A stretch of DNA of 63,845 nt, counting the filler, from Perkinsus chesapeaki ATCC PRA-425 (Eukaryota; Protista; Perkinsozoa), in NCBI GenBank assembly GCA_013115145.1. It is 10 parts of 10 records of this genome, joined end to end, with 100 filler letters (N's around TTAATTAATTAA, not from the genome) between each part and the next. Parts side by side here need not be neighbours in the genome. Positions count along the whole stretch, not along the records: positions 29,533 to 42,337 come from JAAPAO010000804.1; positions 42,438 to 44,754 come from JAAPAO010001629.1; positions 44,855 to 46,283 come from JAAPAO010001964.1; positions 46,384 to 51,931 come from JAAPAO010001148.1; 6 more parts are not named here. One strand, written 5' to 3'. Of the stretch, positions 37,966 through 51,931 are shown one piece after another. Position numbers and translations under genes: made by a program. Numbering within the stretch: position 1 is the stretch's first letter; each line of letters starts with the position of its first letter. The notes below the pieces were generated by a model that was not told where the DNA came from, made no database searches, and saw nothing but the letters and a program-made list of their open reading frames with translations.

Positions 37966-40407
37966 CTATGAAGATTTTGCACAGCTTACAGATATCTGAT
38001 CGATTATTGTATGAGCCGTTGAGGCTGTTTTCAATATAGTGTAGCTGCTCCATTTGAAGCCTTTGTTATCGTCCAACTCGAGCTCGATGACAGTAGCCCC
38101 CGGTGTGTCTGCCAGCGCTGAGAGAGATCATTTATGTCAGCTAACGGACATCTCGTTGAATACAACCATTACAACTTTACACCGTATGGCGGCTCACCTC
38201 CGTCGTATCCACCATATCCGCTTTTGCGACCATAACCGACACGGACGCTATGGGAGCCCATGTCGACTTGGGCTACGAAATCGTTGTTGTGATCATGGCC
38301 ATGAAAAATGCCAGTGACGCTGTGTTCAGCAGCGGCAGCGAATAGACCTACACAGAGACAATAGTTAACCATTGCTTGCGGATCCTCCTGGTCACAGTAT
38401 TGGCTATGGAAGCCAAGACCCATGAAGAGATTCGGTGAGCTATCGTTGCACATAGGAAAGTGTACGTCACATACGAGACGGGTATGTACCGTAAGCTGAG
38501 CTTACTATATGATACTAAGCAGCAGAGGAGTATACGGATGTATTATAAGACCTATATAGACCCGTCCTATTGAATAGGGTCCATTGTAATTATACTGTAT
38601 ACTTCCCCCGTCGAGGGCATTTCCAAACGACTGATGGTTAGGTAACACTATGGTACGTGATGCATATGCTTTGCAGAGCAAGGTGGTGATTGTAGGTGTG
38701 AACGCCATTCGGTAGATTAGCCTAGTCCCAGCATTTGACTGGAAATTGCCAAACATGAGGAACTCACCGGTATTAACGCTGCTGCAGGAGACATCTTCAG
38801 TCTTAATTCCAATCACTTTACTGGCATCCCGACCAAAAGCATTCCAGTATAGCAGAACCTGATAAGATGGCTGCCTCGTTACGCAGTACTGGCAGATCTC
38901 ACCTCCTGAAGTGGTATGTGTACAAACATCAACCCTTGGACGTCACGAAGGCCATCTCCTTTCGACATATTTTTGAACCTGGTGATATCAGACATAAGCT
39001 CCTCGAGACGCGCGGAGCCTATTGACGTGGGAAATTCGACAAAAAGCTGAGATTTCTGGAGGAAAAATGAGTCATTTTCGCTCACTATGAACCGGGTTCA
39101 TTGAACCCATTTACTGGGAGCCGTTTCAGGGATTTCCGAGAGGCCATTATATCCCTTTTGGATCCGAAATTCAGTCTACCTCTGGCCCGGCCTCAAAATT
39201 CCCGCACAGAAAATTCGGGAAACGTCGCGCCTTCTGAGAAGCCTCACCAATCTATCTGGTCTTCTTCAGCACATCCCCATCCCTTCAAGCCCATACAATT
39301 CTCAACACCCGAGTCCAGCATCCACAGCAAGGCTTGCGGGGCGGCGCCGTCCACAACGGAGGAGTTGCGATATATCGGCACATAGTAAACGGAGCCGCCA
39401 GTGCTCCCCGACGGGGCTGAGAGAGACCATCGACGATCGTGGGGAGTGCGGCTACGGAAACGCGCCGTTTCGATAGTGCAATACTACTGAATGCATACAA
39501 TGTAGGAACATTACGTATGCAGTTGAGCGAATTCTTACATTTCATATAGTCCGGAGATCTAGGTCGAGGTATGTATTTGATATCCGACTGCGTACGTTAG
39601 CAAGAAGGCAAACGGAGGAATACGATTGGATTCGATACGATAGATTCTCCCGTCCCTCAACATGTGTTACACTGGAAGCTAACCTAGTGTGTGCACTCTA
39701 CAGCTGTGCCATGCTCGCAGACTGCGAACCACTATTGTTGGATCCTTACGCTCCCTGGACAGGCTCATCTCCGTAGCATGTGTGTCATAGGAGATGATGT
39801 CCTTACCATCAGGCCTGATACCGTCAGGCAGAGGGTCGTGGTTGCCCATAACGTAAGCGTAGGGTATCTGATAAAGATGGGAGCCATCCGTCAGAGCTGA
39901 CCAGCCAGCGTACCTCCAGCTCCCTCACACTGGAAGTGAAACGCTCCCACTGTGCGCGGAACCATTCTGTGCAGTCGCCTTGTTGCTTGCAGTCATCCGG
40001 TGCTGCGTAGTTCGATATGGCGTCACCATTGAAGACGACCTAACCAGGACCACCAGGGCCAGTTCTTCTACCTACCGAGCGCTCACCATGTCGGGCTCTT
40101 CTGCTTCCAAAATTTCCTTCTGGAACGTCTGAGCAAAAACAGTCCTGAATGGTCCCACAGTCGCTGATTTTACATCCGATTTGCCATCTTTATTTTCCCC
40201 TTCTCCATAGTGCAAGTCGCTGAAGACTAGAATCCTGAACTTCCCGGTATTTTTGTTGAAATGCACTCGAGGCCTGCCTTCCGGCCGCCGCAGAAGGGCC
40301 AGCAAGTGGAGCGTCGAGCTCACTCGCATTGCATCAATTGTCGACTGCAACAACAACAACAACAACAACAATAACGACGACGACTTTCCGGCACTACTTC
40401 TGCGCAT
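37966..40407 (-). CDS. Calcineurin-like metallophosphoesterase, Dcr2/PAP29-like (multi-exon)
   Basis: Signal peptide, RILVFSDLHYGE, YVMGNHD, LWMLDSG, MFVHIPL, FHGHDHNND and GYGRKSGYGGY. 3' end approximate. Confidence 0.85.
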
Positions 40408-40929
40408 GCGTGCTGTCTCTCAGAGACAGAGGGTTCCCGGATCGACGCAACACCCAATTCGGAAAACTTAATCAATTCCGCACAACGGTCTCGAGCCTCT
40501 TGGGTATCCGGCCGCATTTCCGGAGCGTAACGTCGTTCAGGCATTGCGAGCTGGACAGTGACGTGTTCACTGCCAGTCTGGCAGCACCCGCGTCACCGTT
40601 GGCAGTGCCAGAGACGGTGACGTTAGTGCTGCGCCACAGCAAGGGTCGAACCTCTGAATTTCTCAACACCAGTCTAGGCCGCCCGAATGTCGCGCAAGAC
40701 CTAACCAAGCAAGGTTCAGCCTCCCCCAGAGGCAACGCAGAGTCCCCGTCAGCTCGGCGTCACACTATCAGAGTCCCCAGCTGAACGCGCAGTCGTCTTG
40801 TCTCATGTTGGGGTTCGTAATGCATCGGAATCGACCAATTGTGTGGCGATGCGCGGAGATGGGACAAATGCGAGTTTCGTCGCGTTCTCTGTTGTTCGGA
40901 ATTCTGCGGGAACCCACTAACACTCCCTA

Positions 40930-42128
40930 TTTTAGCGAATTTCAGGGAATCTCAGAAATGAAGATTCAACCGACCGCTCGCCCAGTAGTGGAGGATATGT
41001 CCGTAATGCCACTGCGTGCGGAATTGTTATCATCTCACTTCCGTCGCCGCATTGCTTGTAGCAGCACGATTGATTTTTAATCTCAAACACAAAGCGGTTT
41101 CCAGAGAGACTCGTGCGAGCAGCGCGGTCCAGCTGCTTCTCCGAACATGGTGTTGCAAACTCTTCACTGCTTCTCACCAGACGCTACTATCTTGGCGGGC
41201 GGGTCTACCTGAGACCGGGTCCATAGGTGTTTGAATGCACTCTCTTCCAACCGCTGGGATGCTCGCACCGATCTGGGCCTGTATCGCCGTCATTCGGCTC
41301 TGCACGCCCTGTACTTCTTTTTCTCCCAGTGTAAGAGCGTTGTCTGTTTGCACATAGTAGTCACATATTCCCCCTTGTGGGCTCACCAATCGCTCGGAAG
41401 TAACGCTGATACTCCGCGTGGTGTTTCATACTGCCCTCTGCGGCTTGCAATTGCTTCTGTAAATGCGCCATTTTTACGTCGGTTTCACGCCTCTGTTTTG
41501 CCAGCTCATCAAAGTGCTCACCGCAGCACTATAAACGGCTTCTAGGTCTGTTTTGCATGGTCCATACCTTTTCTATTCTGCCCGTTCGGTCTCCGAACGT
41601 CGCCTGCAGTTCGGTTATTTCGCCCCGAATGGCTGCCAACTGAGCCATCCGTGTTTTGCGTTAAGTCTGCGCAGCACGCACCTCACCGCGAGTTCGTTCC
41701 TCATTTCGACGCCTTCGTGCGCTTTCCTCGTCCAAGTCCTGCCTTATGTCATTGGTAAGCTCTAGCAGACTCTGCACCTCCTCCTTGAGCGCAAGGATGT
41801 CTAATGAGCCTAGGAATCTACGCGAGTGCGAGTGGTTCGGCTCACCCGCGGAGCCCCTCATTGTGCATGCGTGCAAGTTATTAGCTAAGTCACTTATTTC
41901 TCCCCTTAACACTTGTATTTCCGCCTTTGTCGTTGTGGTCTCGCGACGCTGGTCAGAAACAGCTGAAGTGAGCCACTTATCAAAATTACGTAGAGGGAGG
42001 TCGATCTGAAACCGGCACCACAGTGCGGTATGGCGGGCTGCCCAGTGGTAACTTCCCACCGATTCAGCTTCATCTGGCCGCTTTTCTTCATGGCTAGTTT
42101 CAGTAAACTCACCAGTCTCGGCCAACAT
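40930..42128 (-). CDS. Hypothetical coiled-coil protein (multi-exon, 3' end unresolved)
   Basis: ATG at 42128. Heptad-rich segments KAEIQVLR and LKEEVQSLLELTNDIRQDLDEESARRR, with further helical ORF pieces downstream. Confidence 0.4.
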
Positions 42129-42199
42129 GGTTTACACAGTAATAAGTGGTTTTAGTTCAACGTCGCCGGGTGCACCTTGTGCACGCGTGCAATTCGGAT

Positions 42200-42229
42200 C
42201 CGGGTTCGATCCTCGGCGGGGGCACTTTT
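42200..42229 (+). other. tRNA 3'-half-like fragment (T-arm/B-box, acceptor 3' strand, T-run)
   Basis: CCGGG-TTCGATC-CTCGG stem-loop, then CGGGGGCA, then CTTTT. No matching 5' half upstream. Confidence 0.55.
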
Positions 42230-42264
42230 AGACCTGTGACAGAATCAAACATCTGGAAAAGAAC

Positions 42265-42337
42265 GTTTGATAGGAAATATGTTACTAGTGATACGGAGGA
42301 GGAGATATAATAGAAAGGAGTTTGATAGGAAATATGT
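42265..42337. repeat. 55-bp minisatellite, locus 1
   Basis: Unit GGAGTTTGATAGGAAATATGTTACTAGTGATACGGAGGAGGAGATATAATAGAAA, running into the gap. Confidence 0.95.
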
Positions 42338-43260
42338 NNNNNNNNNNNNNNNNNNNNNNNNNNNNNNNNNNNNNNNNNNNNTTAATTAATTAANNNNNNN
42401 NNNNNNNNNNNNNNNNNNNNNNNNNNNNNNNNNNNNNGCGACTCTGGTAACACAATCCCAAAGGCTTTATACGAAGTAGTGCTTAGCGGGCAGGCAATAC
42501 AGCTTCGAGGTACAATAGCTTGAGACCTCGGAGACAAGTGGTGAAGCGTAGGTGAAGCTAACTTCTTACCAACCGCACGGACGAAAGATTCCGGCGAATC
42601 TTCTCTTTTCGACTCACACCGTACGCGTGCGCACTCAGCTAATTAGCACAGAAAACGCCACGCCTGCGACCGACTACAACAGCAGGGGATATCAAAACTC
42701 GTAGCTACATGTGGCCGAACGGAATCGATTTACATACAATATAGCAGGCACACAGCAACAAATGGGTACACGTAGAAGTAATATAGGAATCTCCTACCAC
42801 AAGGGTTGCACACGTACCGCAGAGTTTGGGCGTCACGATACAACAAGCTTCGACGGAGCTTCCATGGAGACCGATGATGAGGGTCGCACTTGCTTCCGAA
42901 ACAAGAATCTCTGGATAGCTCACGGATAGCTCGCCGACTCTGTGACACCGAGGCGTCGTTCGTGTCATCATTCCCACTCGTCATGTAATAGAACACGTAG
43001 CAAAAGTAGCCGCTTTGCACGCGTGCTTCCATCAGTGAAACGCGCCCATCACTAATCGCTCAATCGCGGGCCCTCTTACTAGGCAGATAATGATGGTTCC
43101 GGCTTCCTATCCGTGCTCAGAGCTATACGATCCCATCTTCATGTTATTAGTTGTATCGTCCCTCCCTCGTGTTTGAGGAGCGCCTCCTACTATCTATCTC
43201 AAGGCCTGGAGTCTATTTCCTTAAACCGAGCAGTTCTATCATTGTGGCTACAACTTATCA

Positions 43261-44244
43261 ATGACCACTCTTCCACTGTTACAAACCGTGATGATCATGT
43301 TGTCATGCAAGCCTGTGGAGAGTGAGAGCTCCCCCAGGTCTGTTACGGCAATACTGGCTTATCGTTGGCCTATGGAGAGTGGTACTTCTCCTCCAACCGA
43401 AGTGAACCAATTTTACCTTAGAAATGTCAACTACACTGGGAAGACCTCCATAGTCTATACTTCATTGGCTGCTCGGGGTTACGTGAAAGAATACGACCTA
43501 ACCACCTGGGTGTCAACCGATCTTGTATCATTAACCGAGGTTGGGCCAATTGCTAAAGGACATAATGATGAACTCATTTATTGCGATCCACAGAAGCCCG
43601 AGTATATATTTAAAAAGGTTGATGATACCCTAACAGTACAGTACCACATTGATACTGGAGTAACCAGACCTCACCACGTGGCTGCTCTGGCATGGGATTC
43701 GGCGACAAGTGCTATATATGCCGTACGTCCTGGCTCCGAAGAAGGATCTTTAGAGCTTCTGAGGGTGCCACATGATGGTAATTATACTAGTATTGCTTAT
43801 CAAAGAAGAGGAACAGTGGTCGGTCTCGAATACTACGACAACTTCCTCTACATCGCCGTTAACGAGCTCGGTGGGACCGGTGTGGTAGACCAACTCGAGA
43901 TCAATCCGACTTCACCAGGACCCCCAAAGAGCAGGCATTCTTATCATTTCCCAGGTGGCGATATCAGTACCAATTCTCTGGGAGTCGGTAAGGTGGATGT
44001 GCAGCCACCTAGTAATATCTCTATTATTGTCCATCAAAACGGGAATAATTATTTGTCCCGCATGGCGCAATATTCTGCCCAACTATGGCACATTTTTCAG
44101 ACAGATTCGGACGGCCCGTTCAAGTATAACAAAAATCATCCAACGTTCGTGAGCGCCACTCATGATGGAGTCTCATTATCTGATGAATCGATATTCACTA
44201 TTACTGAGATGTCTCTTCGCTTGAACGAGCTCTATCTAAGCTAA
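43261..44244 (+). CDS. Hypothetical secreted protein, possibly beta-propeller
   Basis: Intronless 327-aa ORF with a hydrophobic N-terminus. Blade-like motifs such as ALAWDSATSAIYAV and GLEYYDNFLYIAV. Confidence 0.6.
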   Translation: MTTLPLLQTVMIMLSCKPVESESSPRSVTAILAYRWPMESGTSPPTEVNQFYLRNVNYTGKTSIVYTSLAARGYVKEYDLTTWVSTDLVSLTEVGPIAKGHNDELIYCDPQKPEYIFKKVDDTLTVQYHIDTGVTRPHHVAALAWDSATSAIYAVRPGSEEGSLELLRVPHDGNYTSIAYQRRGTVVGLEYYDNFLYIAVNELGGTGVVDQLEINPTSPGPPKSRHSYHFPGGDISTNSLGVGKVDVQPPSNISIIVHQNGNNYLSRMAQYSAQLWHIFQTDSDGPFKYNKNHPTFVSATHDGVSLSDESIFTITEMSLRLNELYLS

Positions 44245-44854
44245 GATATGAAGTAGGTTTGCCCAAAGCGACCGCTTGTACGATTATTCATCACATACTG
44301 TAGGTATCGTTCTCTTTTGCTTGAATGAGCCAGTTTCACGAAGTGTGTCTTCATATTGTTATCGAGTGTCTATAAGAGATCATCCGAGCAAACAGAATGA
44401 GCTATTCTATTATTGAACTCAAATAGCACTTCCAACTACTACTGCGAGTAGCGTTCGTCAGAGGACTCTCTGGTGCAGCCGTGTGCCCATATACCGACTT
44501 GTTATCGGCAGTGTCCTGCGCTTGGAGTTCTGTCTAGCGCATTAGCTCCCATTTACATATGCCACGCCTGCGTGGCCCTCGTGATCCATCTCATCTTTCA
44601 CCCCTTTCTTCTCGTTACCAACTTAGGACCCCACTTAAGAACATTCCATTGATTTTGCGTTATTCGCATCTTTTACTGTCCCTGGTGGGTAATCCGAACC
44701 GCACGGTACAAGTCAAACACTTCTTTTTTGTCGAAAAACGACAGTTTTATCATCNNNNNNNNNNNNNNNNNNNNNNNNNNNNNNNNNNNNNNNNNNNNTT
44801 AATTAATTAANNNNNNNNNNNNNNNNNNNNNNNNNNNNNNNNNNNNNNNNNNNN

Positions 44855-46283
44855 ACTGGCTGAGCCTGCCCTGTATAGATGCCTGTTGTATCTTCGCAAC
44901 ACTTATGCCGATCACATCAAGGGATTTCAGCTCGCTCTCGCTCAAGTCTCTTTCGATGAGGCTGGCATACACGTTCCAGTCAATCATAGTCTCGGCCACT
45001 GAGGCCTCTACAGGCGTGGAAAGATAGACCAGGTGGAGATCACCCTTGAGGCACAGACCGGTGTCCTGGCAAAGGCGCTTGAGCTCTTGCCAAAGAGAGA
45101 GGCCCGCTTCACAGCTCAAACCACTGGCACAAACAGCTCGACCCAGCGGCGTGGCCACATAGACTTGTAAGTCTCGGTTGAAATGCACCATGGCAGTTGA
45201 CAATAGGTATTTCATTCCAGCATGAACTGCTGGGAAGTCTTCTGCGACACTGGCTCGTCTCTTCTTCTTGTCACCGGGTTCATAGAGCTGGCGGTCGAGA
45301 AAAGTAGACCTCGCTAAACGCATGATCTGATCGTCCCTCATCTGACCGGCCGTGGCCATGACCTCCAATAGAAGCCGTTGAAGACCAACGCAGTTCTGGC
45401 CTAGGGCGCTCTTTAGGGGCGGCAAGGCATCCATGGCCATAGAGATGACACGCTTCCTTTCGGCCTCGCTCGAGCAAATGACGTAGCTTTCACCAGAGGC
45501 GTTGGACTGACCTGAGCGCCCAGCTCGACCGGCCATCTGCCGGTACCTTGTAGTATCCAGAAACTCCGTGGCGATGAATGGAGTTCGGAATACCACACGT
45601 TGAGCCGGAAGGTTGACGCCGGCAGCCAGGGTGCTGGTACATGTGAGACACGTTATGGCGCCGCTCCTATAGCCTCTCTCAACTATGTCCCGCTCTTCGG
45701 TAGTCAGTCCACTATGATGGAACGCTACTCCAACAAGAATACCATCAGCTAGGTTCCGGTCGAGGCCGGCGCCAGTGTTACAACTGCAGAGTTCCAGCTC
45801 GGAACGGAGCTGAAGACGGTGGTGCCTGACCTCTTCAGTGGGCGCAGGTGCCGAGTGCCATGGCAGTGATTTTGTGAGGAGGTTGCAGGCCACTTCGCAC
45901 TTCAGCTTAGATGGGCAAAACACGAGAACGGAGTTCCCGAGGGACACAGCCTCCCAGACGGCCATCATGAACGCATCAGTATCGGTGCCTGGCATGAGGT
46001 GGTCGGTGTCTTCAAGTTTCCGTATAGCCCTGCTCTCCCGATCGCAAGTGTAAACAGTGCGCTTGCACACCACGAACTCATGCAATGGGACTGGGCGGAA
46101 ATCTGTGATGTAGAGGTTGGCGTCCAGCCAAGCGGCCACCTCGGACACATTGGGGAGGGTAGCCGACATGCCCACTATTTGGCAGCTCGGCGCGAAGTAC
46201 CGGATCTTTGCGACAAGGACTTCGAGAAGATACCCTCGCTGGGAGTCGCCAAGGAGGTGAAGTTCGTCGAGGACCAGACAGCC
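44855..46283 (-). CDS. POLQ: Ski2-like helicase, POLQ/HELQ N-terminal helicase domain (internal fragment)
   Basis: LVLDELHLLG..RG.LLE, GMSATLPN, VLVFCPSK, GVAFHHSGL, CTSTLAAGVNLPA, QMAGRAGR, TPLGRA and DLHLVYL.TP. Open across the whole contig. POLQ and HELQ cannot be told apart without the C-terminus. Confidence 0.85.
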
Positions 46284-47976
46284 NNNNNNNNNNNNNNNNN
46301 NNNNNNNNNNNNNNNNNNNNNNNNNNNTTAATTAATTAANNNNNNNNNNNNNNNNNNNNNNNNNNNNNNNNNNNNNNNNNNNNAAGGCAGATATACTGAA
46401 ACCTACATAACTTATCATCATAGCTCGTCATGCCTAGTGGGCACACGACATCACCAGCCAGGGCCAATTGACAGTCGGTTTCCTTGATTAATCTACTGTG
46501 CCCGCCTGACACCTTTTTACCGCTAAACCTGCATGAAATTGGTGATTTTGTCGAATCTACCTTGATTCGCTACAAAGGGTTTTTCGAATATTATTAACGA
46601 TGCGCCGCTCCGTTCTCACCCTCGATTTGACGAGCACATGAAGTATGCATCAACACTGTCCCGCTCTGTGTCCTCATGCATGAACACTTCACACCAATCA
46701 AAACCGTCAACCTCCGCTCGAACAGGATAGCACTTCTGATAAAATACAGAGTTAAAGCTCATATCAACAGAAAAGGCACCTGGAGATTTTCTGTCGAAGA
46801 CGCCTTGTTCAAAACGGCTGTGTGGAAGTAGGAATCGTGTTCCCTCTTTTTTACCTCAGGCTGAAATAGGGACAACTAAATACTGGTTATTAAAATGTAC
46901 TAATTATGCACTTATTAAAATTTCACACAGTGCGATTATTTCGCGAGATAATACGATAAGTGTTACAGGTCCACATATCTTTTTGGAAAGCTATAGCCAA
47001 GCTGGAAGATTTGAACTATAAGGCTAGTAATTTGCGAAACGGTTTCGAGTACACTGGACGACCAACTAGGTGGAGCGAGTAACTATAACTACTTACCGAG
47101 GTTATAGTCGTCATCATTGCTTGTTGCAACTTTATGAACAGTATAAGAATGACCGTAATGAGGTGATCATAAAGCATAGTGGCCAACTACGACTATAGGA
47201 CTACGTCATGTAGCATTGTCTGCCCGAGTTGGAATGTTTGTCGGCTTTCCCTTACTGGAGACCGCTTAAAATTTGCCCACCGAATCGGCGACGTTAGAAA
47301 ACGTATTCCCGATGATATTCCCATCCATGTTCATTAAATCAATTCTGCGATTCCAAAATCAATTTATTCAACGACTCCATTGTCTTGAAATTTGAGCCTC
47401 TCACTTTGCTGAGTGGTTCGTGAGAAATAAGCCTCCAAAAACGTTCACGACGTTTGAATCACCCTTTATTATTGACAGTTGCCAAGGCCGTCCCGTTTGA
47501 TACAGTCGGATGATGGATCGTAGAGTTACGTACACTTAGTGGTTCAAGCGTTTAGAGTTTATTGTCCTTATATAACGATAGAAGGTATATCGTAATAAGG
47601 CTTCTGTTGTAGGTCTACAGTGTAAAAGTGTGTAAGGATAGTCGGGAGTCGGGAGCATTGGCGCCGCCGCGCCACAGCTAGATCACACAATGCGGACTTT
47701 TCCACCAAAGCAGCCTCCAACAACCCACAGCAATTTCAGAGTTAAATTCGCAACGACCCTTCTGCAGTGAAGTATTCTTTGTTTACGCAGAGAATCGGTC
47801 CAGTTCGCTCGAACCAATTAGAAAATGTGCAAAATGTGTATCAGCTCCTTTCGGGCGGAAGTCCAGTCGGACAATAACCGAATCTTGCAAATCTTGCATT
47901 TCCTCAACGGTACGCCCTTTGCGTGCTCCCGCCGCCGCTCCCCAAAACAATCTCTTGTTGTAGCTAAAGACTTCTA

Positions 47977-49530
47977 ATGGTGAAGTCGAGTCGCTCTATA
48001 TCATGGACCGATCCGTCTGGTAATATTTATCACTACTATGAGAACCCCATGTTCAGAGCGGTTGTATTTGTACTGCTACAAGAGCTATGTGAAAGGCTGG
48101 CCTTCTACGGTCTTACGCCCAATCTTCAAACTTTTCTTAAAGAGTATCTTGGTTATACCGACACTACCGCTAACTCGTACATTTCTGCATTCAACGCCAT
48201 CCTTTATGTGACACCCCTCTTTTCGGCCGCACTGGCAGATACGATCCTTGGGGTGTACCTGACTATAATAATCTTCTCGTTGGTGTATCTTTGTGGCTTT
48301 ACTCTACTAACTATATCCAGTATCAGATCGGTTCATCAAGCATGGATGATACACATATCATTATTAGTCCTTATCCCCCTTGGTGGTGGTGGCATTAAGA
48401 GTTGTGTTAACATTATGGGCGCCCATCAGTTCCATCCAGAGCTCCATAAGCCCCTGATAACAAGATACTACACCTACTTTTATGCCTCCATCAACCTCGG
48501 TGCAATTGTCGGTGGAATTGTTACCCCTATTTTGTTGCAAGAAGTCTCCTTTACGGCGAGTTTCCTGTTTCCCTTGATCTTCTTCATTATTGCGACCGTC
48601 ATATTTGTAGCTGGCGGTCTGTTGGGCAGGTATGTTATGCCTAAACCGCAAGGGTCGGCGGTTGTCCAAATTCTTAAGGTTATGTTCTGGTCTGTTATGA
48701 AACTATCTCTTGAGAAAAATAAAGAGTCCAATGGTGGCAAATATAAAGATGGTTTCATCGAAGATGTTAAAGCGTTATTAAGGCTCATACCGCTGTTCTC
48801 TTTGATCATACCATTTGTTATGGCGTATAATAACATGACTACAGCATTCCTAACCCAAGCTCAAAAGATGGACAGGACCACTGGTGGCTGGCAAATACCG
48901 CCGGCGATGATGCAGAATGTTGACCCTATAGCTGTTGTCGTGACTTCGTTGTTTGTTGATGGTGTAGTTTATCGTCTGTTAAGAAAGCACAATAAGATGC
49001 CTCCTGTTCTTGGTAGATTCTGCATTGGATGTGGGTTTGGTGCTTTGGCATTGTTATGTGCTTTAATTGTAGAATTACAAGTCAAGTCGCATCCTGTCTT
49101 CACAGTCTCTATCTGGTGGCAAGTGCCCCAATTCTGGTTCATCGCGACGGGTGAAATTTTCCTAATTTCTACTTCGTACGAGATCGCGTTCACCCACTCG
49201 CCTAGTTCTCTCAAGACAGTGGCTTCGGCGGTGAATCTGTGTTTCTTTGCCATAGCCAGTGCTTTGTCGGCTGTGCTATTCGATGTCGCTCAGCCGTGGT
49301 TGCCCAATTTCGTCCCCAGTAACCCTACAGAAGAGACCGTCGCTGGTGCCCATTATGATTATTATTATATTGTATTAATAGGGTTATGTGTCTTTGGTGG
49401 TCTCGCATCGTTGTCGTTGATACCGTACTTCAATAAAGTGGCGCGCAAGAATGCTGTAAGGCAAGCTGAGGCTGATAAGGAGAGACGAGAGGAGTCTGTT
49501 GAGCAATCTGATGAGAATGTCAAATCTTGA
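47977..49530 (+). CDS. POT/PTR proton-dependent oligopeptide transporter
   Basis: ExxER-type QELCERLAFYG, GGGGIKSCV.I.GA.QF, FYASINLG, QMQ-like MMQNVDP and QVPQFW..A.GEI. Intronless. Confidence 0.93.
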   Translation: MVKSSRSISWTDPSGNIYHYYENPMFRAVVFVLLQELCERLAFYGLTPNLQTFLKEYLGYTDTTANSYISAFNAILYVTPLFSAALADTILGVYLTIIIFSLVYLCGFTLLTISSIRSVHQAWMIHISLLVLIPLGGGGIKSCVNIMGAHQFHPELHKPLITRYYTYFYASINLGAIVGGIVTPILLQEVSFTASFLFPLIFFIIATVIFVAGGLLGRYVMPKPQGSAVVQILKVMFWSVMKLSLEKNKESNGGKYKDGFIEDVKALLRLIPLFSLIIPFVMAYNNMTTAFLTQAQKMDRTTGGWQIPPAMMQNVDPIAVVVTSLFVDGVVYRLLRKHNKMPPVLGRFCIGCGFGALALLCALIVELQVKSHPVFTVSIWWQVPQFWFIATGEIFLISTSYEIAFTHSPSSLKTVASAVNLCFFAIASALSAVLFDVAQPWLPNFVPSNPTEETVAGAHYDYYYIVLIGLCVFGGLASLSLIPYFNKVARKNAVRQAEADKERREESVEQSDENVKS

Positions 49531-49651
49531 TTCGTTTCATTTTTCGTCTAAGGTCATCATTGTCTTCGTCATTATCAGTATCGTTGATTTGTACTACTCA
49601 ACTACCGTTATGGTTTGGTTGCTAGTGGAGGGGTGGTAATGCACTTTCAGG

Positions 49652-50577
49652 ATGGAAGAGCGGTATGAAATTGGTGTTTTCGACAAAGGAGACAGCAATT
49701 GTGTTATTTGGCCACCTGACGCGATAGCTTTGAAAAAATATTACAAGATGATTGTGGCTGCATCAAGTAGGCGTATTCAGGGGGTGCATGGAAGTCAACC
49801 TATTTTGAATCTTTAGGTATGATGCCTCTCATCACAGGTAATCAAATTGATGCCATCGCCCTGCCCGACTCGAAGGTCTGTTGCCTCACACTAGTACTTG
49901 ACCGTTTCCTTTGTGTGGGTGTCGCTTTTGATGAAGCTACAGGAACGACGCTAGTTGGTCAACTTGAGCAGTTCGTTCGACTCGCGCTCGGTGGGGATGG
50001 AATCGATGCTGGAAAACTGGATTGGATGATTAATGAGAAAAATGTTATGTCGCACATGGTGAAGGCTATGCGATTGGGAGCAATTTTGAGGCGCGTGAAG
50101 CTGAAAACGCCAGTGAAGATAGCAGGTGTGAGTAGGCTGCATGCCCTTTCTATAAAGGAATCTTTTGTGACATCTGATGCATGCATCAACCTCTGGTCAG
50201 TTATGCCGGAACCGTGCGTTAAAAGGTTCGCAGGTTACCCTCGGGAAGGAGTCACTACAGTCTGTGTACGGGAGGCTGATAGGTTGCTTGCCGGAGAGTT
50301 TCCTTCGGACGTCACTGATGATGTCGCAATGAGCTTGGTCGCCATTATGGAAGATTCGGGAATTTGGTCTCGTGAAAGCTACTCAGAGGTCCCTGAGCTA
50401 GTACCGAACTTGGTTCCCACGGAAGAAAAACGGCTCCCCAGTATGATAGAAATTGCACTGCACGGATACGGACTCGAGGGTGTAGTAGAGGATGAGGATA
50501 GGGTGACTAGTGAGAGCTGGCGGTGGGGTAGGGATATCAGCATCGATAATGTCATTCATGGTGGAGGACATGTCTAA
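49652..50577 (+). CDS. Hypothetical protein (2 exons)
   Basis: ATG at 49652. Intron 49767-49816 is in phase with the 49819..50577 ORF. No family confidently recognised. Confidence 0.55.
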
Positions 50578-50822
50578 AGTATTTCTGTGAAGAGTGTGTT
50601 CAGTTGAGTCGCGCGGGAATGGACTTCAAGGACTTCGGGTGATTCCCGGAAATTTTAATTTCTCGTGTCTGTTATTATGGCGATTGATCGAGCACACTGT
50701 TTATATTATCTAGTAGATTCTCCGCGGTAAAATGTTATCAATAGTGAAGTGACAAAGATGCTGGGGGATTGACATAGGGCGTATCTGTTGCCGTTCAGCT
50801 GCTTTTCCTGTCTCTCCTTCCC

Positions 50823-51931
<1,109 letters not shown>

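Noticed and set aside
42150-42229. Complete tRNA gene
   Set aside because: No 5' acceptor strand complementary to CGGGGGC and no convincing D-arm or anticodon arm; reported only as a 3' fragment.
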